From Dimorphilus gyrociliatus (lineage: Eukaryota > Animalia > Annelida): a stretch of DNA of 64,000 nucleotides. Positions 37,494 to 50,541 of the stretch are shown in pieces. The DNA lies in contig CAJFCJ010000025.1 of NCBI GenBank assembly GCA_904063045.1, positions 186,001 to 250,000 of the forward strand, written 5' to 3'. The first letter of the stretch is position 1. Each line of letters opens with the position of its first letter. The notes under the pieces are model-generated. The model was not told where the DNA came from. It did no database searches and worked only from the letters and a program-made list of their open reading frames with translations. The translations under genes and the position numbers were made by a program.

Positions 37494-40064
37494 TCACTGT
37501 TGCTGTATTTCCCCAAAAATTAGAAACCAGGTGGAAAATTTATTGATTAAAGAAGACTTTATTGAAGAAGTTAAGATATATTTACATGTTCCTTTTGTCA
37601 GACTTTCGGAAACTTCGTCTAGAAGATAAGAGTAGTTTAGTAAGAGTATGATTTTACAATAGAACAAAGTATAGTTACCAAACAATATTTCGCTCCCGCG
37701 ACTATATACCTGAGACCTTCCGTTAGTTACACTAACTTTATAAGTTCCAGAGAAGCTTGGATTCTTTTCATTAAATATTAAAGTACATTGGAAGAGATTA
37801 TTTTTTCTATCATATATTTCGTATTCTTTATAATGTCTTTGATTTTTAATTAAAGGAAACTTGAAAAAGATAGTAAGCGAAAAGGAATTCGAAAATAAAG
37901 AATAAATAATTTGCCAATTAAATGAATGAATAAATTAATTAATTACGTCATCTTTAAACCACGAACAAGCTTTGTTTAGTATGCACATGTGATAAACTTG
38001 AAATTTTAAATAATTCCCCTCGTAAAAATTTAGATTTGTGTATACGTTTGGTAAATCATTAATTATTTTGATTGTTTCTTGATGACAATAGGGAAATAGA
38101 CGCTTTTTAATAGAAGATGATAAATTATTAACGTACCTGTAATATAAATTACAATAGATATCATATCGAAGAATAAAGTGTTCGTCTTATCATCATAGTT
38201 CTCCGCTGTACAATAGACGGTTAAACAAGTCTTTGATTGAAGACTTATAAAGCTTTTCGTATAGCCTTCGTATATTCTAAAAATGTTACCACTTGTGCCT
38301 AGATGTTTATGGTATAGTTAATAATTTTCTTGTTATTTTAAATTGACCTACATACTTTCTTGATATTCTAAAGACAAGTTACGAGTTATTTGCCAATGTA
38401 CATTTATAAATTTAGAGCCTACTGCTTCGCAAAACAATGATACTTTAGCTTCATTTTCATGTACTTCATATTTAGGCCATTTAGTTAATATTTTTACAGG
38501 TTCTTAATTAAGAAAATAGTGTTAATTAGTAACTATTAATCAAATAAAATCGATATAATTTACTAAATGCACGAATCTTGAATATTTTTGTTTCGTACTG
38601 ATATTTGGGAGTTAAGATAGTACATGAATACGGATGTTTCGTATTATCAATAGTACATTTTTCTAGAGTAGAGAAAATAACTAATTAATAGATTTATAAA
38701 TTTATTACATTGAATAAATTTACTTATTCTTAATATCCATTTATAATTTTTTGGTTCGAAGGAATAGTCTTTAGATGTTTCATCCAAAATGTCACCATTA
38801 TATATCCAAGTAACATAAGCTCTATTTATAAAAATATAGTTTTGTATATGTTTATTTAATAAATGTTTATGATTTTTCATAATATTTAGTAAAGATAATA
38901 AGATAAATTAATATATTTACTTATTTTTAGGTATACAAGGCAGTTCTACGTCTAGTTGACCTAAATGCACATCAATAGTAGATGGCTTAGGATTGAAAAA
39001 TCCTATATTATCTACCTCCTTTTTGGGTTTTCTATTGTATTCAATTACTAGAAATTCAAAAAAACTCTCCTCTAAACTATATTTATAGCTTGTTCGTGTA
39101 CTTATTCTTAAAAATTTGGTACTATTTTTCCAATAATTCGGATGGTTTCCCTTACTTAGACACAAGTCGAAATCAACTTCAATAAAATATAAATATAAAT
39201 CTGCCAAAGATTAATAAAGTTAATTTATCTATATACAATATATACTAAATTACCATTTATCGGCATAATTATACAGTCTTCTATTGGTTCACTGACTCCA
39301 TGATCTTCATAATTTTGATAAATATTTATTTTGCAAGCAAAACCATGTTTACATATTCGGCGTTCTGTTAGAATTTTAATTTTAGTAGTTTCACCTCTTT
39401 CAATTTTAATTGACTTAAAATGTTTCTTTAGAACTGGATTTTCTACTAAATCAACCGTATGAGCTTAGAAGTAGTTAAAGAAATATTAATTAATAAATAA
39501 ATTAGTTATTATTATAATAATAATACAAACATTCGGCTTCTATGTATAAAGGTTGCGAAAATGAATTGTAAAGGAACTTTGAAAGGTAATAGACGGTAAA
39601 GCATTTAATAAAATATCCTGTCTGATTTCGTTCAAGTTCAAATTGTGCATTTCCATCTTTAATATATCGTTTAAACACTTTGAATTTAGTTGTTGCTTTC
39701 TCTTCAATAGGTTTCCATAGTATCATTTGTCTGTTATAATAACAATTACTAGTTATATATAGGTGTTACGTTTAAGTAATAATCAGACCTAATGTCAACA
39801 AATTTATTAAGAAATAAAGATTTTTTTATCTTAGGTAAATTGACAGTAATTTTGGAATTTTTAAAATCTATATAGATTTGTTTCTCTTCAAAATTATCTG
39901 CTACAGGTAGATTAAACTCTCCTTCTATTGCTTCTAGAATATTTCCATAGAATAATAAATAAATAATAATTTATAATAATAATAATCGAATTATTAATGA
40001 TAATTTCAAGTTTACCATATTTTTTTATTATAATGACGAGTAATCCAAATACGATTTCTCTCAT
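37494..40064 (-). CDS. Secreted or surface protein with an FN3-like and three Ig-like domains (~608 aa; exons 40064-40016, 39933-39789, 39730-39531, 39463-39254, 39200-38921, 38821-38724, 38662-38564, 38502-38356, 38298-38137, 38077-37947, 37859-37679, 37618-37494)
   Basis: Twelve GT-AG exons splice into one frame. Signal-like MREIVFGLLVIII. Ig motifs: VELPC..YVTWIYNG..LRI..YSCT; VSLFCEAVG..VHW..VYCTAEN; WFKDD..CTLIF..SGTYKVSVTN. Exon 3 is FN3-like (ILWKP..FKV..YFIKCFTV..SQP). Confidence 0.85.
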
Positions 40065-43000
40065 CCTAATTCTGTTATCTTATTAATCCTTTATACATTT
40101 AGTAATGTATTTATATATAGAGTAATTAATTCTCTTCATACATTATCTTTTCGATAGTATTTAATACTTTACTATGAATTTAATAAATAATTTTTACTGT
40201 TTTAAAAGTTTCGAATGTTTAAATATTCAAATTACAAAAATATTTCCTATATTTGTCCCTTTTATTACTATTCTGCTTTATTGGTGATTCTTTGTTTGCT
40301 GTTAATGAAACTAGTCACAAAATATTCATACGATTATATAATATTTCGCAATAGATAAATTACTGTTGGACGATGAATACTCTAGTTGTGACTTTGAGGG
40401 CAGCAGGTGGAGTTGTTTAATTATGAATAAGGAGAGAAATAACAGATGGCATTGCTGATTCGTGGGGTGGAAGCTTGAGGAAAAGTGTTCACGTAAAGAA
40501 AAATAGGAGAGACTAGAAGATAAAAAGAATTTAAAGTGTGAAAAAATGTTGTTTTCTTAAGAATTTTACTCATATTTCAAGTATTATAGTTGAGACGTGA
40601 ATTTATGCAAATTAGATTTAATATTCCTTTAAATTTCAACAATATAAGTTTGAAGTTGTGAAAAAAAAATATTCTATTTGAGAATTATAGAGAAAATAAG
40701 CAAAGGATTGATTTATATAAGTATAATTCATATTCGCGTCAGAAGATGTTTATTCTTAAAGGGTTATCAGTAGATGGCGTTTTGTTATTTTTCAACAGGT
40801 TTAACCTCGGCGTTGTTTGATAGATTGATGTGCTATTTAGTTATTTGTCTATACGCTTTAAGCAAAGTACAAGAGTAAGCAATGCAAAGAGCAAAAAAAT
40901 TTGGCTACTAACGGTTTTTTTCTAATACTATATATATATATATATATATACCAAAAATGCACTTTGGTGACAATTCGTTCATTGAAATTTTGAAAGCAAT
41001 TATCTCTAATTGTTGATTAGTAATTGAATTAGTACAGAAAGAAACAGAATAAGCCAATAATGTATATATAAAATGTGAAATATTAGAAAAGAAAGGTACT
41101 ATCCATCTGAATACAAAGGATGAATTATAGGCTTATAAAGAATTTTATTACAGTATTTTATAATCTAATTAAATATTTATAAAGAAAAGATTTAAATTTT
41201 ACACAAAAGTTTAGATATAAAATAGAAATGAGCTTGTCATTAGAAATAGTTGTAAAATGAAAGAATTATCGCATTAAACTTAACTTTTACCAATCATTTC
41301 ATAAGTTTATGAATAATTACGATATACAGAAAAAAGGGGCATAAAGGATGAATGAATTTTTCTTTTAGGGTTTACAATAAGGTAGTTTTAGTTCACTTTT
41401 CCTTTCTTTTCTCTCTCTCCTTCCAAACTTTCCTTTTATCAATCTTATAATTAATAAAAGAAAGCCTTTTTAAAATACTGTACCCTCTTCTAGTAGGTTT
41501 TTTTTTAGAATTAATACATAAAAATAAGATTAATATATAAAAGATATAAAAATTTTGGACTTAATCTATTACTTATTATCATCAGATTAATTTATGACGC
41601 TTCAGCTTTTAAATAATAATGTGACAGTTTGATTTTAAAAGGGAAAAAAAAGTTGTTGTATATTTTATGCAATTTTTTTTTTTTCGCACTCTCGATTTTT
41701 ATGGAGGCGTCTCTTTTCATATTTTTGTCATTTATCAAAAAGTAAATTTACATAAATTGTATATATTTATACATTCAAACATTAATTTCATTTATGATTT
41801 CTTTGAATTGTGTAAAACCCTTATAAAAAATTAATAACCATAAAAGAGAGGAATGAGTTTGGTGATAAGAGGCGAACTATTTCTCTTCTCCTAACATAAT
41901 CTAATTAAGATGATATAGGGAATAGCAACGTCATTTCTAATATCAGATATCAAATAAGCCTTTGCAGTTGTATATTTCCCTTTAATCTTTTGAATTAGAA
42001 AATCATCTATTTTTAGATATGACCCTCTCCTCCCCTTTTTCTTACCCTTTTTTCTTTTGCCCTCTCTGTCCTTTTCCCTTTAAATTCTTTTCGTTTGAGA
42101 AAAGTTTCTCTAAGAATTTTATTGAATATAGCAAGTTGAATTTCACTGAGAAAAATCAGTTTAGATAATGCTTTTCAAGACCTTTTAACCAAAGATTCCA
42201 AAATTTAATTATCAAACGACTTCCACTAATGGAAATCGATGGTGATATGTTCGTAAAGAACACGTGATATGAGGTAGACTAATTCTATTTCATTTAATAC
42301 TCAATAAGGTTTATATAGTAATTATTATAAAGAATCGAAAGTTACTATGCTAGAGGCCACTAACTGAATAATATCATGTATGTATATATTTATAGTTAGG
42401 AAATTATATCGGTTTTTACTCTACTGTTACATTAAAATAAGACTAGTAGTATTACTTGGCCCTAAGGATGGAATTACAAGCGAATTTATTCAACTAGTAG
42501 ACAAAAGTTGAAGGACGACGTGGGAGGAGTAGGAGAGGCTAAAAATCTTAACAACTTGATAAAATTTTCCAGGAATTGTATTGGCTTGGGTAATTTTATT
42601 CAAGTAACATATAGGCACTTATTTTCATTTAAAGAGGAAAAGATTAAAAGATTATTAATTATCGCATTCGGTGCATTTCAAAGTGAACATTGAATGAAAG
42701 AGGGCAGGGGAGAAAACACAACACGTATATGCATATACAGTTACACACACACGCGCACATAGAGGAAAAGAGACAGACAGACACAGAGGAGAGAGAGAGA
42801 GAGAGAGACGGAAAGAAAGAAAGAGAGGCTTTAGCAGATGGTATATGTATTCAAGTAATGCTGATTTTATACCCAACTATACACATAATATATTGAATTG
42901 TTTAATCATGCTTTTTTTTATTATTATTCTTTCCTGTTTCCGCCGTGTTTTAATTAAAGTTTTTCTCTTTTTTTAGGGTTTAAAAATTTTTTATGTATTA

Positions 43001-43356
43001 ATAAAAAAAAATAATTAAAATCTATATATATTTTTTTAATACAACGCAGTCAGAATGCGAATAAAGTAGAAAGAAAGATAGCATAACGATAGAATGAGAG
43101 AGAGCGAGAAAGAGAAAGAGTAAACTTAGGACATCTGCAAATCAACTTAGGCCTATTGTCCGCTTTTATCGCCTTTTTTTATCTCCGGAAGTACGTCGAG
43201 GAGGAGTACTATCAGGTACAGTAGTAGAGAAATTCTGCGTCAACTACGTGACATGCATCCGATAGATGACTCTGTCTACATTGTATCAGAGACGAGAACG
43301 TACAATAGTCTTTTCATTGTTTCCACAGGAGGGAATGCTAGGAATCTTTTCTTGTG

Positions 43357-43357
<1 letters not shown>

Positions 43358-43406
<49 letters not shown>

Positions 43407-43440
43407 TTTTACATATCTATAAATAAATAATACTATATAG

Positions 43441-43466
<26 letters not shown>
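43358..43466. repeat. Long (TA)n microsatellite cluster
   Basis: Read directly; boundaries approximate. Confidence 0.9.
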
Positions 43467-43472
<6 letters not shown>

Positions 43473-44793
43473 CTGTATATAAATACATTGTTTCATTTTG
43501 CATAAGTATATTATACATATAGATGTTGAAAATATATTATTGCCAAGCTTTATTTATTATATATACAAAAGTCCATTTACACATATTTCAGACAATAAAA
43601 TACTACAAGCACCAAAGGTTATTCTATAACAAATAGAATTGCGGTAGATATTATGTAATGTGCTATATTGATTCGGATTAATTTTAGTTGACGTCATTAG
43701 GCCTAGTTAGCGAACGATGACGGCTTATATAATAAAAACCTTTTTGTCAATTTTGCTTACCGTTCATTAAACGTTTCAACACGCAATCGTTCGTTTCTGG
43801 ATTATTTTAATCTTTTTTTTTTCTTTCTCTTAATTGAAATTGCATTTTAATGTTAGCTTCGACACCATTTTTTCTTTGCATCCTAGAATGATTCCTTATA
43901 GTTTTACCGGGGTGTAAGAAAGAAGAAAACGAAAATATAAATCTGGTAGACGCCTAAACTATTTAGGCCTTGAGTTTGTCTTACTTACTAACCTAAACAA
44001 AAGAGTAAATATATCAAGTAACGAGATACCGCAAATGTAGAGTAATTTTAAGGAAAGATTTACCATTCTAAAAACTTCCTTGTGCAATTTAAAGTTAAAA
44101 ATATCTGTTTATTAGTATAATTTTAGAAATAGCTCTGTTTTTAAACTGACGTTGTTTTTTTTATTATCTGTTTGTTTTTGTATTAGTATCTAGATGACAT
44201 TAATTAATAAAAGAAACGAGTAAACTGTAACAGGTATAATTTGAATTAATAAAGACTTTGAAAAGTTTAGCCAGAACTATAATCACACTCAATAAAAATG
44301 GACATTTAAAAGGTTTTTAACGATCAAACGGCTGCCATACCACTATTACCTTTATTATTTTAAACTTAATAGTAATATTATATCTCAACCATCTGTTACT
44401 TATTTGGAGATGACAGATTTTAATCGCGACTCTTGTCCTCACCATTGCCATTGCTATCAAACCATGTGACGTATCATAAAAAAATTCAAAACAGAGGCTC
44501 TTTTTTCAATTAATATTGTATACGCCAACGTCGTATTTAATACATTTTTTTCATATAAATATACTGTCCTTTTTCTTTTCTTTTTAAGCTTTCTATATAA
44601 ATTATAGAGTTATAAACAAAGCATTATAGCCTGGTTACAGAATTTTTTCACGCTTAATTGTTAAATGACAGTTGTATTGTTGTATATATACTAAAAAAAA
44701 GAAATAATACGAGCAACTTAGTAAAGAGTAAGATGAATGAATAGATAAAGAGATTGAGAGAGATTACGAGGAAAAATACAAAAATACATACAG

Positions 44794-44836
<43 letters not shown>

Positions 44837-47800
44837 ATGTCGGAAAAGAAGTGAACGGATGAAAACTATAAAGAAAAAAGTGCAAGGTAATTTTTACCGG
44901 TAGCATATATTTACATTTCTAATTAGACATGCAGGAGCGAGTGTGAGCAAAGAGTCAAACAGTTCTGCGATCTTATCAATACGAATGTTTTTATATCATA
45001 CATTATTAACGACTGCCAGGTGTAAATTTTTCTATTTTTTTTTTAAAAAAAAAGAAGCGTTACACGGCTTATTTACCAAAGTAGTGTTTTCTTTCCCCCA
45101 CCCTCTCCCACTGCCTCTCTCATCTTTCTTTCTCTATCCTACAATCTGAGTGAATAACCCATTCTTCGGTCTATCTCTATCTTTCTGTTCTCTAAGCTCT
45201 TCCATTCATTCTTCTTTTTGTTGCATGATATACGTTGAGATTATTTAAGTATTTGTGTGATTTTTTTCCCTTTTTCTTTTTAATACCTAAACTAGATGTT
45301 AAAGATTTTATAAGGAAATTGGAATTTTTCACATATCTACATATACAAATAAATGTACACACTTACGCATTTATCGATCCGAATGGGCAGAGAGTCGTCT
45401 ACGTGAATAATGCAGAAATAAAAATTGTCGTATAGCGTCTAATTCAAAAACGTTTTTTTCCCCCGGTAACAGTGGCGATCAATTTCGGACCGTCTACAGC
45501 CTTTCTTACTATGCAAATAGACTAGACATGCGAAAATTGATGCTTACGTAACGCCCTAAATTTAGAATATGTTCTACTTATCGGTTAGTTGACTTTTAAG
45601 AATCCGTTTATGTCGGAATATATTATAAAGTGACTAGTGAAAACCATCGTAGGCCTATTAGATGTTGTTAACGGTTATTTATTAAGTAATATTGTTTGTA
45701 TGCTGTTACGCAAACAAAAGGTAACGATCGCTTATTAATTTGTTCTTTATGTTTACGTATTAACTGTCTCGCTAATACGTCTCTAAAACTGTTGAATTTC
45801 TATACTGGCGCTTAATTAGTCAAAAACCTTGTAATTTTTACATGAATGTACATCATTAGAGTGAAAGAAAGGATGATTAATTGAGGCGAAAAGTACGCAT
45901 ATGTAAGGATTTAAACGTATATATGAAGTATATATATATATGTCACTTCTGTCGCTATTTACTTTCCTTTTGAACAGCGCTAAGTGAGCGGGAAAGGAGT
46001 ATTCTCACTCCCTCTCCCCCCTATTCAAGTGTTATGAAGCGACAACTGATGGGAGAAGGCGAGTAAAGTACAATGTAAATAAACTATTAAAAACAGCTAT
46101 ATTAAAATACTCTTGTTGAAAGAGAAAGTCGAAAGAAAAAGAATAACTTAAACTTTATTCTTTATATTACTCCGTTTGTCGTTGAATTGGCAAATATATC
46201 ATCAAAGTGATAATTGACTAATACGAACTAATTGACATTTACGTTCAATAATAAGCTTGAACTCTATATCTCACTCATTTTCTCACTCTCTATTTCCTTT
46301 TAAATTCCCCGTTGCCTCCTTTAGCAAGACTATACAAAACAATTATTATCTTATTGTTATCGATTTCTTCGTATAAAATAATAATATTATCTTTTGCATA
46401 TATATACAAAATGGAATATTATGCAAAATAGCCATGCACTTAAATGTTTTATGAGAAAAAAACAACTAGATACATTTTATATATAGAGTTGTATATCACT
46501 GATTGTCAAAACTTATATGCTTCATTTAATATTTACTCTTTTCATACTAATACATTCTATATTGAAATAGTCTTTGCATTTGAACTCCTTTGCATTTTCA
46601 CACGGACAGACGATGAATGAAAAGTATGGCTTATTGAATACATACAAGTTTTGTTTATATTCAAACTGTTCATTCTACAATATTTCCTACGCATATGTGT
46701 TCATAAGCTTATACTTTTTTTTTTCTATATATCATATACAATACATATACTATGCAACAAGGTAATATAATTATTTGATTAATTAATCTATATACCATAT
46801 ACTGTATATAATTTTATATACTAATATATATATATACTGTATATATATATATATTCATGTATTATATTCATACGAAACAATATAAATATACGCTTATAGG
46901 TCAAAATACATATTAACATAATATTGTATGCCTAGTATCTATTCTCCCTCTCTGCCCTCTCTTTCTATCTTTTTGTTCATTCTGTTTATCCTTCATAAAG
47001 AGCCGTTACTGTCCTACTTTTACTCATCGTCTCTTTCAAATATTTTGGACAGCAATCTTTTTCCTTTGTTAAGCGTATCAATCTCGTTTAAATAGCATAT
47101 ATTGACTGAAAATGATCATGGATCATACTTAATTAAAGTTTACAGATATAAATCTACCAGCAATTATTGATGATAATATTCTACCATCCAATTCGGCGAC
47201 TTTGTTCGGAAGAGCGTGGAAAACGGTAATATACCGATGGTCACGTGGCGTTAACGCATGAATAATGTAGTTTTGTCTTTAATTAGTATCGTCATAAGCA
47301 GGAATTAATAACTAGGTTAGTCACCGGAGACGTAGTCAGTTGTAAGGAAGAAGAAGGAGAAGAAGAGTAGGAGGAGGAATCTATTTATTTCCCCTTAATC
47401 ATACCCAGCGTAAGACGGCGCGTCGAATAAACAGATACCCCAGATGTTTGCTCCTTTACCACCTCATTCCCTCTTTATCTATCTGTTCCCTTCAATAGAA
47501 TGCATGTGTAAATGTACATTCTATTCGACTATAGTGAGGAAGAAGATATTTATGTATTTGTATCTATATATCATATTAATGTTTATTCAATCTACTCTGT
47601 GTCTAGAATTTATACGTAAAGTTTTTACTATTTGCACATAATTTTCGTCTGCTGTATTTTCAGCACTTCGTAAAATGAATGCCAACCGCAAAAAGATATA
47701 TGGAATTGTGTAATGTATTAAGGCCCATTGTCAGTAATGGCAGGGTGCGACCCTGCTTTTGCTTTAGGCGAATAACGGAATCTATTGCAGATAAAATTTG

Positions 47801-50499
47801 GCAGTTTTTAGCCAGGAGCTGAGAAGCTGACGATTTTCGTAATTCGTTTAATAACGAACTCCGATCGTCAATATGTTTATGGCGACTGCGGGGCGTCTCC
47901 AATTATGGCCGACTTTACACAAAATCGTTTTGTATTGAAATCCCCCGGAAAGAGCGCAGCTGCTGGACGATGAAAGAGTTAATTGTCGGCTATAACTTCG
48001 TTATTGTACGCTTTTAGACTATTAGTATATTTGAGTTTCAGCTTATAGCCAGTATTTTTTTTCAGATGGAGGCTTCACTTTCCGAATCATTGAAAATCTC
48101 TTCCTTTTTCATTAGCACTGAAGACTGAAGTGATGTGAAAGAAGTGAGTGGAAAAGGCGCGTTATAAATTAAGCTTTAACTACATTCACACGAATAGGGT
48201 GGGGGAAAAGACTATGATTTTATTAACTCTATCTTAATTCTGAATCATTTAAGTAGTCTACTATTAACGGATTGGGCTTTTTTTTTTATTTTTTTTAATT
48301 TCACTCGAGTAATTCAAGGTATTGAATGACCCACTTTCGTTCAATATTTTGTCTTAAATTGAATCTGGTAAGTTGATAGATAGACCACTCAACTCTTTAA
48401 TGACCTAGTTCAAACTTATTCATTTGTTTTACCGAGTTTTGGCTGCTAAAAATTGATTTGGGTGCCATTATTTTTTTTCGATAAAAGGGTTAAATTGGTA
48501 TCGAGTATATAAATCCCTTGAAAATACTATTAGCCGTTTAGAACAAAGTAAATGTACTTAATACAAGAGACCTTTAAATTTTCTTGGAAAAAAGATCGAT
48601 TCCCAATGGTATAAGGATACCCTTATCTGGATTTTCTCTAATTAAGATAAAGTAACCAATGATTCCTTTCATTTACGGAAAGATAGCTACTATTACTTTT
48701 AATTGAAAATAGAAAGAAAAATCAAGATATAATAGATATAATTAACTTATTCGTCATATACAAACACTAGAATTTGAATATATAAATTATAATAGTGAAT
48801 ATTAATCATTAATAAACATTTAAAGATCGTTAGTGATTTTCTTCTTGTGGAAATATTTATCCATTTGGTAATATCGATGAGGTTTTTCAACCGATCAAAA
48901 GATCTTTACTACTGGATTTTATCTTCTTTTATCAGATAATACAATTTGTCAAAATAAATGCCGTCTACAGGAACGTGTTTGGATTAACCGGTATTTGAGA
49001 AGGTTGAACTAAATCCCGCTAGTTTTTCCGATATTGACTTCTCTTTCCTCTATTTTTCCCTTCATCCAATTTTTCCTTTATGATAAGTTTCTAACTTCAT
49101 CATCTTTGCCGGGGAATTTCCGAATTTTTTTCCCTTCCTTTATTTTTCTGCAGTTCGTTTCCTACTATTCGTACGCTTAAGCCGCTTTTTCCTTCTTCTA
49201 GCACTTATGTTTTTATTCATCCTTCAATTCACCCACTCCACCCCTTACCCCCCACCATGTGGTTAACCACAACATCTTTTCCTTTTTTTTCAATAATTGA
49301 ATAAATCAATTAAACGGATAATCGAATAGTCCAATACCGTAAAATTTCTGGGAACATGTATGGTTCAACTATTATTTTTATTTATTTGTAATAGAAACAA
49401 TAAGATGCTCAAGAAACATAATAAAAATTAGTTAAGTATTATGAATATATGAATAAATGAATATTATTATTATAAATTAATTTGCATATAGAATTCTTTG
49501 CTCATTTAGAGAAATAAAACAAAGGTGAGAAATGTAAAAAAAAAGATATTAAAAACAAACCTTTGTAAGTCTAAGCTGGCCTGCTTTGGGTGTTTTTAGT
49601 CGGATTTAGGCCCCGTGTAATAAAGAGCCGTTCGATATTCCACTACGAAACTCATAGAAAGCAATACAGCATAAAAATAAAATTACTTCCGCTCTACCCC
49701 TGCTTATCAGCCCGCCCAAAACGACCGCCCGACTAGTTACGTAATCGTAAAACGTTCGTTGATAGAACGCAGAGACGGACAGTAAATTTAATTGTAGGAT
49801 CGCCTCTTCGGCGTACACACATCCCTTGGGAGTGTCATTGTATACGCTTTGTGCTCGCGCACATGGCCGAGGATTTTACGGGGTTTTAAGGACGGATTTT
49901 AATAGAAATTACTCTTTCCGAGCTATAACTGCCACATTCCTCCTCGCCATTTTCTTTAGTAGCCTAACCTTTTCATAATATTTCGGTTTTTGTATTATTA
50001 ATCTTTACCTTCTGGTCTTTTTTCTTTTTCTTTTTGTTAATTTTTCTTAACAACAAAAAATATGTTTCAGTAATCCATTATCACCTTTTTGCAATTGTTT
50101 CTTCAGGGAATACACATTCAAAAATAGAAAGGATTAGTAGCTTGAATAAAAACCTATTGAAGCTATACTTTTCAGAGGTTAGTAGTGGAGGGCGGGGGGG
50201 GGGGAGGGGTGTGGGGAGAAGGGAAAAAGAAGATTATATGAACCAGAGAAAAATATAAAATGGAAGAAATAATTGTTTTTTTCTTCTTCTCATTCTCCTT
50301 CTTCTTGTCCTACTTTTAGTAGTTTTACTAACGTAGGGATAGATTCAATTCCGTACAAGATAAAAGTACTCTTTATGCCTTATATAGAAAATGATTATCA
50401 TGCAATATACAATTTTTTACAGTTGTATAGGTTTTTCTTTAATTTAGAACAATTTTTTTTGTCTTTTCTTGTAAATAATCGTGAGTATTGAGAAGGAAA

Positions 50500-50502
<3 letters not shown>

Positions 50503-50538
<36 letters not shown>
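50503..50538. repeat. (GA)n microsatellite
   Basis: Read directly; boundaries approximate. Confidence 0.9.

Positions 50539-50541
<3 letters not shown>

Noticed and set aside
38647-39726. AT-rich, Tyr/Ile/Lys-rich ORFs resembling poxvirus or Polinton genes
   Set aside because: They resolve into phase-consistent exons of the Ig/FN3 gene; no polymerase, integrase, capsid or terminal repeats were seen.
40355-40458. Short frame with MAM-like SCDFEG..W
   Set aside because: Ends in a stop after ~34 aa with no donor or linked exons.
44943-44952. Match to the first 10 nt of miR-87 (GTGAGCAAAG)
   Set aside because: The remainder of the mature sequence diverges and no precursor hairpin was seen.
45364-45435. 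YAFIDPNGQRVVYV resembling a cuticle-protein chitin-binding motif
   Set aside because: Too short, with no flanking R&R residues and no supportable exon boundaries.
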